Shown: piece after piece, positions 10,716 through 19,754 of the stretch
Layout: every line of letters begins with the position of its first letter
How positions within the stretch are numbered: the first letter of the stretch is position 1
Sequence record: SRR20825019_998
DNA length: 54,528 nucleotides
Strand: one strand, 5' to 3'
Notes under the pieces: model-generated
Seen by the model: only the letters and a program-made list of their open reading frames with translations
What the model was told of the DNA's origin: nothing
Databases searched by the model: none
Position numbers and translations under genes: made by a program

Positions 10716-10782
10716 AACTTCTTTTTCTTTAAAGATAAAAAAAAAGAAATCGCTCTTATTATATCAAGCAGAAAATCAGTAA

Positions 10783-12420
10783 TTACACTTTTAAATCAAT
10801 CTCTTTCAAGTTTTCAATTCTGTTACGCTGAAGAAAATCATCTATGCTTTCAAAGTGCTCAATTACACGTTTGTCTTTAAATTCAAACACTTTTTCAGAA
10901 AGACCTTGTAAGAAATCGCGGTCGTGAGAAACTAGAATTAAAGTGCCGTCAAATTGAAGTAAGGCTTCTTTTAATACATCTTTCGACTTTAAGTCTAGGT
11001 GATTCGTAGGTTCATCGAGAATCAATACATTTACTGGTTCCAGCAATAATTTTACCATCGCCAAACGCGTTTTTTCACCTCCAGAAAGCAAGCCTACTTT
11101 TTTGTCAATATCATCACCACTAAACATAAAACGACCCAGAATATTTTTAATTTGGTTTCGTATTTCGCCTTTAGCAACCTCATCTACAGTCTGAAAAACG
11201 GTAAGCTCTTTATCTAAAAGCGCTGCTTGGTTTTGGGCAAAGTACCCTACTTTAGCATTATGACCCAGTGCGCAGGTACCTTCAAAATCTATTTCGCCCA
11301 TTATGGCTTTTATCATTGTAGATTTTCCTTCGCCATTTCTACCCACAAAGCTCACTTTCTGCCCTCGAGAAATACTCATATTGGCATCATTGAAAACTAT
11401 ATGGTCGCCATACTTTTTGGTTAATCCTTCAGCAGTCACTGGATAATCGCCACTGCGTTGCGCTGGAGGAAAACGAAGTGCTAATGCGGAAGTATCAATT
11501 TCATCAATCTCAATAATTTGAAGTTTTTCAAGCATCTTCTCGCGCGAATTTACTTGATTGGTTTTTGAATAAGTTCCCTTAAAACGATCAATAAATTGTT
11601 GGGTTTCAGCTATAAATTTTTGCTGTTCTTCGTATGCTTTTATTTGATGAGCTCGTCTATCAGCACGCAACTGCAAATAATGACTGTAATTTGCCTTATA
11701 ATCATAAATACGGCCCATAGTAACCTCAATGGTGCGATTGGTAATGTTATCGATAAATTTTCTATCGTGCGAAATTACTATTACTGCTTTTGCTTTGTTC
11801 AATAAAAAATCTTCCAACCAAATTACCGATTCAATATCAACGTGATTGGTAGGTTCATCAAGCAAAATTAAGTCTGGTTTTTGAAGTAATAATTTTGCTA
11901 ATTCAATCCGCATACGCCATCCTCCGCTAAATTCTGAAGTTTGCCGATGCAAATCGCTTCTTTTAAAACCAAGACCACGAAGTGCTTTTTCAACTTCAGC
12001 TTCGTAGTTTATTTCTTCTAAAGCATAATATTTTTCACCCAATTCCGCTACTTTGGTGATGATGTTCATATAAGCATCACTTTCGTAATCGGTTCGAGTT
12101 TCTAACTCTTTGTTGAGGCGATCCATTTCGTCTCGCATTTCAAAAATTTGTTTGAAGGCTTTTGAAGCTTCATCAAATACAGTACAATTATCATCAGTCA
12201 ATAAATGTTGTGGTAAATATGCAATTACAGCATCTTTTGGAGCACGTACATTTCCGCGAGTGGGTTTTTGAACGCCGGCAATAATCTTCATCATAGTAGA
12301 TTTTCCTGCGCCATTTTTCCCCATGAGGGCAATTTTATCATTTTCGTTTACCACAAAAGTAACGTCACTAAAAAGTGTATCACCACTAAACTCAACCGCT
12401 AAACCATCTATTGAAATCAT
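10783..12420 (-). CDS. ABC-F family ribosome-associated ATPase
   Basis: Two ABC cassettes (GKNGAGKST/FSGGWRMR/LLDEPTNH and GRNGEGKST/LSGGEKTR/ILDEPTNH); no TM segments. Confidence 0.95.
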   Translation of the reverse strand: MISIDGLAVEFSGDTLFSDVTFVVNENDKIALMGKNGAGKSTMMKIIAGVQKPTRGNVRAPKDAVIAYLPQHLLTDDNCTVFDEASKAFKQIFEMRDEMDRLNKELETRTDYESDAYMNIITKVAELGEKYYALEEINYEAEVEKALRGLGFKRSDLHRQTSEFSGGWRMRIELAKLLLQKPDLILLDEPTNHVDIESVIWLEDFLLNKAKAVIVISHDRKFIDNITNRTIEVTMGRIYDYKANYSHYLQLRADRRAHQIKAYEEQQKFIAETQQFIDRFKGTYSKTNQVNSREKMLEKLQIIEIDEIDTSALALRFPPAQRSGDYPVTAEGLTKKYGDHIVFNDANMSISRGQKVSFVGRNGEGKSTMIKAIMGEIDFEGTCALGHNAKVGYFAQNQAALLDKELTVFQTVDEVAKGEIRNQIKNILGRFMFSGDDIDKKVGLLSGGEKTRLAMVKLLLEPVNVLILDEPTNHLDLKSKDVLKEALLQFDGTLILVSHDRDFLQGLSEKVFEFKDKRVIEHFESIDDFLQRNRIENLKEIDLKV

Positions 12421-12439
12421 ATCATTTTTTTAAAGCTTG

Positions 12440-12447
12440 CAAAACTA
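12440..12447 (-). promoter_or_regulatory. -7 element (TAGTTTTG) for ABC-F
   Basis: TAnnTTTG match 19 bp upstream of the ATG. Confidence 0.55.
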
Positions 12448-12504
12448 TTAAAAACTTGTGGATTGCGAATCAATTTGATGATAACTTGTAGCTTAAAGTG
12501 TAGC

Positions 12505-12543
12505 AAAAAAAAACCTGCTACTTTTAATTTATAGCAGGTTTTT
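12505..12543 (-). terminator. Intrinsic terminator after the TonB-dependent receptor
   Basis: Inverted repeat AAAAACCTGCTA / TAGCAGGTTTTT with a U tract on the minus strand. Confidence 0.8.
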
Positions 12544-12553
12544 AAAAATAGTC

Positions 12554-14959
12554 TTAAAAATGAGCCGTCAGGGAAATAATAAAGTTTCTCCCAGCTCCCG
12601 AAATTCCGGAGCTATACGGACGGTAACGCTGATCGGTTAGGTTTTCTATCCCTCCGCTTACATCAAAAGTATCTGTCAATTTATACAGTGCTTTAAAATT
12701 AAGCGTGTACCAAGAAGGCGCATAGGCATCTCCGTTTTCATCTAAAGCATAAAACTCCGTTTTATCCTTTTCACCTTCAGGAAGGTCTGCAGCATCAACT
12801 TTTCCTTGATATTCCAAGTTTAGTTCCATTTGAAGCTTATTTGCCTTATAGTTTATGCGTGATGTTCCAAAAAATGGGGAAGCATGACGTGATGGGCTTG
12901 TAGTTCCATTGTCCAATTCCTCTTCTCCTGTTTGAATATTAACATCTGTAGAAAAGCCAAAGCCTTTAGGCAATTTTACCTCTGCACCTATCTGAACTCC
13001 ATAAACTTTAGCTATTGCTGCATTTTGAATTGCTTGCACTTGGCTCAATTCGCCTTGATACATGATGCTATCTAAACCATTCAATTTAAAATCGCGACGT
13101 ACCAGTGCATCTTTAAGGTGTGTGTAATAACCTGTAACGTCTACTTTTAAAACATCACCAAAAACTTTGGCAATCCCTAAGTCTGCATTATAAGCATATT
13201 CAGGCTTTAAATCTGGATTAGGAACAACCACACTACCAGGTTCAGAATCGAACACTTTTCCTAAGTCATCTACATTTGGAGCACGGAAAGCAGTTCCTAA
13301 ATTGGCACTAATTACCCATGAATCATCTGGGCGATAAACCCCACCAATACTACCTGTAAGCGCACTGTTTTTTAAATTTGCTTCTGTAAATGGGAAGGGA
13401 TAGAATGTTGTGTCAAAATCTGCATCTAGTATAATATGATTGAAACGAGCGCCAGCACTTAAAGTAAAATCATCAGAAACCTTAAACTCATCTGTAATAT
13501 AAACCGCCATAGATTGCCATGTAGATTTTGGGTATCTCGCTGGACCAACTTCAGCTATTCCTGTTGAAATATCGGTTAGTTCACCTTCAGAATTTACATC
13601 GTCATACACATATTCAAAACCATAGAAAAGGGTATTTTTCGCTCCAATCGACTTTTTAAAATCTAGGTTTGCAGAGTAAGCGCCTACTTCTTCATTTTGG
13701 GTGTTTCGTTCATGATTGTTTAACGACCTATCTATTCTACTTTCTTCAAACCACTGGTGTGCAAGGCGCAAACTCATTTGGTCAAAAACTGAATTACTAG
13801 CATTGTAACTTACGTTAAGGTTATTCATCATCCAAATTTGTGGACCATAATCCCATTCAGCGTAGCGAGCGGTGCCATTACGAACACGCGTATGCCTGTC
13901 ATACCTTCCGTAAGACGAGGTTTCAGAAAAGTGAAAACCGTATTGGAAATCCCAATTTTCATTTGGTTGAAAACGAATTTTCTGCATCATATTTATCTGG
14001 GAATATGCCGAAGGAATTTGTAATAATTTATCCTCTTGTGAAATAACCACATCTGTACTATCCTGTCTTTGCACATAATAATCTTTTATATAATCGTCTG
14101 GCCCGTGGCTTCCTTGACGAAGATGATCATAATCCCAAGAACTAATACTCGTTACAAAAGCCCATTTTTTAAACCCTAAATTCACATCAAAATGAGCGGT
14201 TTTTTCATTATTTGCTGATGAAAAACGCACATTTGCTTTTCCTTTAACAAAAGGTTTATCGGTATGTGAAAATTGAGGCGTCAAGGTTTGAAAACTCATT
14301 ACCCCACCAATAGCATCACTTCCATAAATTACAGAACCAGGGCCAAAAAGCACTTCTGTTCCTTCAATTGCGAAAGGATCTATATTGATTACATTCTGTA
14401 AGTTTCCTGATCTAAAAATTGCAGTATTCATTCGCACTCCATCTACAGAATACAACAGCCTACTAGTTGCAAAGCCACGAATCATTGGGCTACCACCACC
14501 TTGCTGGCTTTTCTGAACAAATACTTTTCCTGAAATTTTTAAAAGATCTGCAGCCGTCTGAGGATTTTGCAAAGCGACTTCTTTTGCTGAAATAGATACA
14601 ATCTTGGAAGGCACATCGTCGCTGTTTTGACGCCAGCGTGAACCAGAAATTATTACTTCATCCAAGCTTAAATTAGAAACTTTAAGAATTAAAACAAATC
14701 CTTCTGTTTCTAATTCGGCGTAGCTTTTTAATTCAGTTTTATATCCTAAACTACGTATTTCAATTTTTTCAACACCCTTAAACATAGAAATGTCTGCTTG
14801 CCCCTTGGCATTGGTTGTTGCATAAAGTCCTGATTTTGAACTAGACAATGTTACCAACTCTATAGGTTCGTTGGTATCTTGTTCTTTTATGGTTATTGTT
14901 TGGGCGAAGGAGCTACCTGCAAAACCCAACACTAACCATAATATGAATATTTTTTTCAT
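12554..14959 (-). CDS. TonB-dependent outer membrane receptor
   Basis: Start moved to ATG 14959 (MKKIFILW signal peptide); LDEVIISG, plug GGGSPMIRGF..VDGVRMN, EVLFGPGSVIYGSDAIGG, FRAPN, NPDLKPE, terminal Phe. Confidence 0.93.
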   Translation of the reverse strand: MKKIFILWLVLGFAGSSFAQTITIKEQDTNEPIELVTLSSSKSGLYATTNAKGQADISMFKGVEKIEIRSLGYKTELKSYAELETEGFVLILKVSNLSLDEVIISGSRWRQNSDDVPSKIVSISAKEVALQNPQTAADLLKISGKVFVQKSQQGGGSPMIRGFATSRLLYSVDGVRMNTAIFRSGNLQNVINIDPFAIEGTEVLFGPGSVIYGSDAIGGVMSFQTLTPQFSHTDKPFVKGKANVRFSSANNEKTAHFDVNLGFKKWAFVTSISSWDYDHLRQGSHGPDDYIKDYYVQRQDSTDVVISQEDKLLQIPSAYSQINMMQKIRFQPNENWDFQYGFHFSETSSYGRYDRHTRVRNGTARYAEWDYGPQIWMMNNLNVSYNASNSVFDQMSLRLAHQWFEESRIDRSLNNHERNTQNEEVGAYSANLDFKKSIGAKNTLFYGFEYVYDDVNSEGELTDISTGIAEVGPARYPKSTWQSMAVYITDEFKVSDDFTLSAGARFNHIILDADFDTTFYPFPFTEANLKNSALTGSIGGVYRPDDSWVISANLGTAFRAPNVDDLGKVFDSEPGSVVVPNPDLKPEYAYNADLGIAKVFGDVLKVDVTGYYTHLKDALVRRDFKLNGLDSIMYQGELSQVQAIQNAAIAKVYGVQIGAEVKLPKGFGFSTDVNIQTGEEELDNGTTSPSRHASPFFGTSRINYKANKLQMELNLEYQGKVDAADLPEGEKDKTEFYALDENGDAYAPSWYTLNFKALYKLTDTFDVSGGIENLTDQRYRPYSSGISGAGRNFIISLTAHF

Positions 14960-14983
14960 TTTAAAGTTTGGTTTTAAGTTAAC

Positions 14984-15035
14984 ATGTTCTTCAAAGAACA
15001 TAATAGATTGCATTACCACTATTAGTGGCAACGCA
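14984..15035 (-). promoter_or_regulatory. Two tandem RNA hairpins between the upstream ORF and the TBDR start
   Basis: Minus-strand UGCGUUGCCACU-AAU-AGUGGUAAUGCA (12 bp, 2 G-U; 15009-15035) and AUGUUCU-UUGA-AGAACAU (14984-15001). Confidence 0.55.
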
Positions 15036-15057
15036 TTGGTTTAATTTAAAGGAAAGA

Positions 15058-15597
15058 TTAACTTAACTTGGGAGGAGGTGTGGGTGGCGTTAGTTGAAAA
15101 GGCTTAAAAATTGTAGCTTGTAATATATCTTGAAAAACAATTTCAGGATTTTGAAATAGTGTAAGCTGCCAGTTTGGAGGGTCTGTACAAAAAAATGAAA
15201 ACAAGTAATTATGTAGATTTTGCTGTGTTCTGCGCTTGTCCTCATCTTGGTCAAAGGCTTTGGAAACCATTTTTTTAAGCTTTTTATTGAGCTTTGTTTC
15301 ATCATGATCCCACCAGCAGTGATAGCTTATAGTATCTCCTTTTATTTCTGTGGAAACAATATCGTACATCTGCCCGTTATACTCAAATTCTTTTGAATGT
15401 TCCCAGCGTAGTTTTGTTTCAGCTTCTTCTTTTGTAAACTTTAAGAGTACCAATTCATCATTATCGAGTCCGGCAATCATCTTCCATTTTATTTCACGTC
15501 GAATGGCAGATTTTTCAAATTGAAGATATAGGTATATTGTTGCAACAGGAGCAAACAATATAAACAAGAATGATATGGCGACTAATCTTTTTTTCAA
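15058..15597 (-). CDS. Hypothetical membrane-anchored/exported protein ending in PPTPPP
   Basis: N-terminal hydrophobic helix, EFEYNGQMYDIV, CWWDHDE, C-terminal PPTPPPKLS; TTG start. Confidence 0.75.
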   Translation of the reverse strand: MKKRLVAISFLFILFAPVATIYLYLQFEKSAIRREIKWKMIAGLDNDELVLLKFTKEEAETKLRWEHSKEFEYNGQMYDIVSTEIKGDTISYHCWWDHDETKLNKKLKKMVSKAFDQDEDKRRTQQNLHNYLFSFFCTDPPNWQLTLFQNPEIVFQDILQATIFKPFQLTPPTPPPKLS

Positions 15598-15721
15598 TAT
15601 AAGAATTCAACTAAAGACCAAATGTCGTAAAATTGAAAGTATTGTGCATCCCTTTTTATCACTTTTTCCCTGATAGTAACGTAATTTAGTTAAAGAGTCT
15701 ACAAAACCCCATAAAGTGAAT

Positions 15722-15756
15722 AAAAAAAGACCACTTGAAGTGCAAGTGGTCTTTTT
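15722..15756 (-). terminator. Intrinsic terminator closing the four-gene operon
   Basis: Perfect 14-bp stem AAAAAGACCACTTG / CAAGTGGTCTTTTT, 5-nt loop, U tract. Confidence 0.85.
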
Positions 15757-15778
15757 AAAAACTGTAATAACAATAAGT

Positions 15779-16714
15779 TTAATACCACCCTCTTATGTTG
15801 TACATTACCGTACTAGGTTGATTTTTAGCATACGCCATTAATACTTCTTGAGCACCTTTTGCAACAGCTACGTTTGCATCCAATACTTTAAGTTTGTATT
15901 CCCATGGGCGGTCACTAAGTACTTTAACTCGAGCTTCAATTTTTGAGAAAAGTGATTTCACTTTTGAGTAACAAGAAGATGCAGGGTCTACGCTAGCCAA
16001 AATTTCACCAGCTGCGTTTGCTGAATCAATATCTTGACCTGCATTCCAAATTGCAGTTGCCTGAGCATATTGAGTTTCGCAGTCACGATCTATAGCCTTT
16101 TTAAACATCGTTTTTAAGCTACCTCCTACTTTATCATAACAAGTACTGTTTACAGGAACATTAACTAATAATGCCAATGCTTCTTCATATCTGTTTTGAT
16201 TTGCTAAAGTGTTTGCTTCTTTTTGAATCAAATCGCAATTATTGTTAAAAAACTCAATGATTTTGTTTTTTCCTTCTGTTACAAATGTTTGTACATCTTG
16301 GCTATTTGTTTTCATGTTTTTAATAGCTGCGATATAAGCCTTTGTTTCATTTGAACCTACGCCTTTTACATTAAAACTTTTACTCGTGTATAATGTGCCA
16401 TTTACGCCATCACCAATATAAAGTGTAATGTCTAGATTAAGAACAATTTTAGGTGGCGCTGCTGCAATTACGTCTTTACTCATCACTGAAACATTTGGCG
16501 TGATAATAAAACGTGAATTATAAGAAACATCGCTGATACCGTTTTTGGTAACCATTTGCCCCAATTTAGTTTCTAAAATTTGTCTAGCAGAAGCTGGTAC
16601 CTGCTCCATTTCATAGGGAATATATGTACCCAATGCAATATTGGAATCGCTATTTTGCGCTGTCCCTATGACAACCGCAAAAAGTAAACAGATTGTAAAA
16701 AATGATTTTTTCAT
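15779..16714 (-). CDS. Exported hypothetical protein; alpha/beta N-domain plus helical Cys-paired repeats
   Basis: Signal peptide ...GTAQ; two repeats C..(helix)..VPVNSTCY and C..(helix)..VDPASSCY. Confidence 0.8.
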   Translation of the reverse strand: MKKSFFTICLLFAVVIGTAQNSDSNIALGTYIPYEMEQVPASARQILETKLGQMVTKNGISDVSYNSRFIITPNVSVMSKDVIAAAPPKIVLNLDITLYIGDGVNGTLYTSKSFNVKGVGSNETKAYIAAIKNMKTNSQDVQTFVTEGKNKIIEFFNNNCDLIQKEANTLANQNRYEEALALLVNVPVNSTCYDKVGGSLKTMFKKAIDRDCETQYAQATAIWNAGQDIDSANAAGEILASVDPASSCYSKVKSLFSKIEARVKVLSDRPWEYKLKVLDANVAVAKGAQEVLMAYAKNQPSTVMYNIRGWY

Positions 16715-16726
16715 AATTTGGTGTTT

Positions 16727-17683
16727 TTATTTGCTTCCTAAAATAATTGTTGCACGACCTAGCCCTTTCATTACTAGCTTGTTTGGAATATTAAATGGAG
16801 CACTGCTTAAAAATTTACTCAAATCCCTTACATACCTTCTTGCATCTATTGCATTTCCTCTGTCGTTGTATAATGGAATACGTACTTGTTCAAACAAAGC
16901 CATATTTTCTGTCATATCGGTTGTGCTAAAACGACCTTTTACCGTGTTAGCTTGCAACCAATCTTCAATTACAAATCCTAGCTCATCACCTCCACCAAAT
17001 TCGGTTTCTAGATCGCCATCCCAATCATTCCATTTTTGGATACGTACAATGATTTCACGTCCATTTTCAAACATATCATCAAAATGTGATTGAAGCGAAG
17101 CTGTAAAGTTATCCATATGTGAAAGCACTGCTTCCGATAGAAGCACTGGTGTTTCAGCAGAAAAAGAAGGAGCTCCAGTACCAGTAGCAGTTGCTATTTG
17201 TTTATCTGTATATGAATCTAATCCTTGAAGGTTAAAGTTTATAGACTTTTTTGGTCCAGTTTTATTTACTGTCCATGTAAGTTGAATTATAATATCTGCC
17301 TTTGCAGCTTTTTTTAATTCGTCTATTGGGCTTTCTGAAATATCAGATCCAGAATCCTTAGATTGCATTAGGTTGTCTTCAGCACTGTTAGACTCCATCG
17401 TCTTTATTGCAGATTCCATATTCTTAAGCGGAAAGCCACGATCAGCCATCATTCCGTTTATTTGGCTAATAACCTGTAAAACTTCTGGGTTTTCCTGAAA
17501 GGCGCGTTTATAATCTGGTATTTTCACTATTGAACCTTGATTGTCAAAGCTAAGTGAATATCCATTTTGAATACACCAAGCATCACTTGGCACTACCATT
17601 AAAGTAGGTTTCTTTGCTTGTCCGAAAGCGATTGTAATACTAAATATAGCTAACAGACATAGTATAAATTTTGGTTGTCTCAT
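16727..17683 (-). CDS. DUF6175-like exported protein
   Basis: Signal peptide ...AFGQ; KKPTLMVVPSDAWC, ADIIIQLTW, LQGLDSYTDKQIA (family recalled, not searched). Confidence 0.7.
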   Translation of the reverse strand: MRQPKFILCLLAIFSITIAFGQAKKPTLMVVPSDAWCIQNGYSLSFDNQGSIVKIPDYKRAFQENPEVLQVISQINGMMADRGFPLKNMESAIKTMESNSAEDNLMQSKDSGSDISESPIDELKKAAKADIIIQLTWTVNKTGPKKSINFNLQGLDSYTDKQIATATGTGAPSFSAETPVLLSEAVLSHMDNFTASLQSHFDDMFENGREIIVRIQKWNDWDGDLETEFGGGDELGFVIEDWLQANTVKGRFSTTDMTENMALFEQVRIPLYNDRGNAIDARRYVRDLSKFLSSAPFNIPNKLVMKGLGRATIILGSK

Positions 17684-17695
17684 TTTTATAAAATT

Positions 17696-18220
17696 TTAAA
17701 ACCCACTGGTTAGAGATTTGATAATGTTTTCTTTCTCGAGTCTTTTTCGAAGTTGATCGCTCATTACATTTACTACCGCCCCAATTTTATACTCACGTTT
17801 ACTAACCTTTAATCGGTCTCCAGGCGCGATGTTTCCATCAGTTGCAGCAGAAACATATTTTAAGTATTCACCACCTTCTGCAAAGAATGCATCAAAAAAC
17901 TCTTTGTTTTCTTCTTCTACAGATGGATCTTTAATTAATGGTTGGAAAGAAGTACACCCTTGGCCACCACCAGCATATCCTTTAAAGATAATTCCATGAA
18001 CAGCATTTCTCATAGTACTTCCTATAGCGTGCTTTGGATTTTTTGAGTACGACCAAACTTTTACAAGCTTAGCGCCTTGTTTTGCGATGCCTTCACATTC
18101 AATGTCATAACGCCATATTTTGGTATCTTCAAGCGCCTTTTCTTTTTTCCATTGAGCTTGTGCACTAAAATTAGCTACAAGCACAAAGAAAATGGTTGTA
18201 AGTAAATAAGATAGTTTCAT
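17696..18220 (-). CDS. Exported hypothetical protein (possibly LPP20/FlgT-N-like)
   Basis: Signal peptide ...AQAQ; YDIECEG, NAVHGIIFKG, QLRKRLEKENIIK. Confidence 0.8.
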   Translation of the reverse strand: MKLSYLLTTIFFVLVANFSAQAQWKKEKALEDTKIWRYDIECEGIAKQGAKLVKVWSYSKNPKHAIGSTMRNAVHGIIFKGYAGGGQGCTSFQPLIKDPSVEEENKEFFDAFFAEGGEYLKYVSAATDGNIAPGDRLKVSKREYKIGAVVNVMSDQLRKRLEKENIIKSLTSGF

Positions 18221-18234
18221 AAATAATGATTGTT

Positions 18235-19458
18235 TTAGTTTATTTGTCTTATTAGCATTCCTGCGTAATATTTATTTTTGGAGCCACTAAAAGTGGTATA
18301 TTCTATTTCTGAAGGGTTTTCTTCATCTGCCATATAACGGTTATCCCAAATCATGTTCTTTTCAACTTTAATAACACCTACTCTTTTATATTCAGTTTGG
18401 CCATCATCGTTTATAATTTGTTCAAGTACTTCATACTTATCACCTTTTTCCAAACCTTCTTTCATCCCAATTTTGGCAGAAAGAGGGTCACCACTTAATA
18501 ATGGTGTTTTGGTACGGAAAACTTCATATGATTTTTGCAATTTAGCGATTACAGCATCTCCAGCTTTTTTAGTAGCTACAGTAATTAATTCAATATCCGT
18601 TTTTGTTGTAAACGCAGTACTCTGTAAATCTGCCCAAGCCGTTTCAGTACCAATGTATTCCAACTTAAAAATATCTGAGTTTTCAAAAGCTTCAACTTTT
18701 TCTGGGTCTATTGCACCATCTTCAGTCCAGTAGTCATTATAGAAAATAGCAGCCGTTTCTTCATCCCATACCAGTTTATACAAATGTGCATCGGTTTTAA
18801 TGATATATCCTTTACCAGCTACACCAACTCCTAAACTTGCTGCATCTGCAGCAAGACTTACAGCATCAACTCCAGCAACAGACGCTACTGTAGAAACAAC
18901 TGATAAAAATCCACTTGCTTTTTTAGCAACTTCCTCTTTATTGGTATATTTAAAGTTATTAACTACAACAAATGTATTGCTTAAAAGTTCTTCCCCCGCA
19001 TCAGCAACCATTGCCAATCCACGTTCACTTTGTTTTGCTAGTTTAATATCAATATCTGAAGCACTATATGAACCTCGTTCCGCTATCAAATCCATATTAA
19101 AACCACCTTCTTCACTTCTATTAAACCATTTTGCAACCATGGCTTTTGCAACATCTCTATTTGTAAGAAATTGCGAAATAGAATCTTTTTGTAGTTTTTT
19201 AATTTCTTTTTTAGATAAGTTTTCGTCTACCAATTTTGGCAACGTACGCAACTCACCATTATGATTATTAAATTTATCCGGAATTGGATAGGTAATAAAA
19301 GCCTCTTGAATTGTTTGATTATGCTCCTGCTCTAAATCTGTTACTATAAAAGTGTATAGCGAACTACGTTTATAGTTTGTTAAATCTACTTCCTCCTCTT
19401 GGCTAAATACGCTAAAACTAAAGCATAAAAACAAGACTAATACTAATGGTTTTTTCAT
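18235..19458 (-). CDS. Exported hypothetical protein with an internal Ala/Gly/Val hydrophobic segment and a FlgT-C-like tail
   Basis: Signal peptide ...VFSQ; YKRSSL; ASGFLSVVSTVASVAGVDAVSLAADAASLGVGVAG; AKIGMKEGLEKGDKYEV..RVGVIKV. Confidence 0.8.
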   Translation of the reverse strand: MKKPLVLVLFLCFSFSVFSQEEEVDLTNYKRSSLYTFIVTDLEQEHNQTIQEAFITYPIPDKFNNHNGELRTLPKLVDENLSKKEIKKLQKDSISQFLTNRDVAKAMVAKWFNRSEEGGFNMDLIAERGSYSASDIDIKLAKQSERGLAMVADAGEELLSNTFVVVNNFKYTNKEEVAKKASGFLSVVSTVASVAGVDAVSLAADAASLGVGVAGKGYIIKTDAHLYKLVWDEETAAIFYNDYWTEDGAIDPEKVEAFENSDIFKLEYIGTETAWADLQSTAFTTKTDIELITVATKKAGDAVIAKLQKSYEVFRTKTPLLSGDPLSAKIGMKEGLEKGDKYEVLEQIINDDGQTEYKRVGVIKVEKNMIWDNRYMADEENPSEIEYTTFSGSKNKYYAGMLIRQIN

Positions 19459-19754
19459 GAAATAATAATTTTGGTTAGTTAAGTGTGTTTGAATATTAGA
19501 AAATACAACAATCTTTTTCTAAAATTTGAGGAGAATATTAAAGAAAAAAGAATGAATTTTAATTGAACTTTAATTGATTACAAACAATTAAATTACGCTT
19601 CAAATATCGTAAATCTCAATATAAATCTTAACATTTTTTTGTGTTTTTTGTTAAATCAGTCTTAAAGAATACCTTTAACACCCCCGCAAAGGGTTGAAAA
19701 GACTGGATTTTTAAAAGAAAAATTGTAAGAAAAAGTAAAGATGGAAAGTTAAAT

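Noticed and set aside
14960-15031. ORF-track N-terminal extension of the TBDR (likewise TolC 21075-21116 and TBDR 25498-25515)
   Set aside because: Downstream ATGs give proper signal peptides; the extensions overlap hairpins, another gene or a promoter
16641-19264. Plus-strand ORFs of 126-154 aa within the four-gene operon
   Set aside because: Antisense shadows without recognisable features
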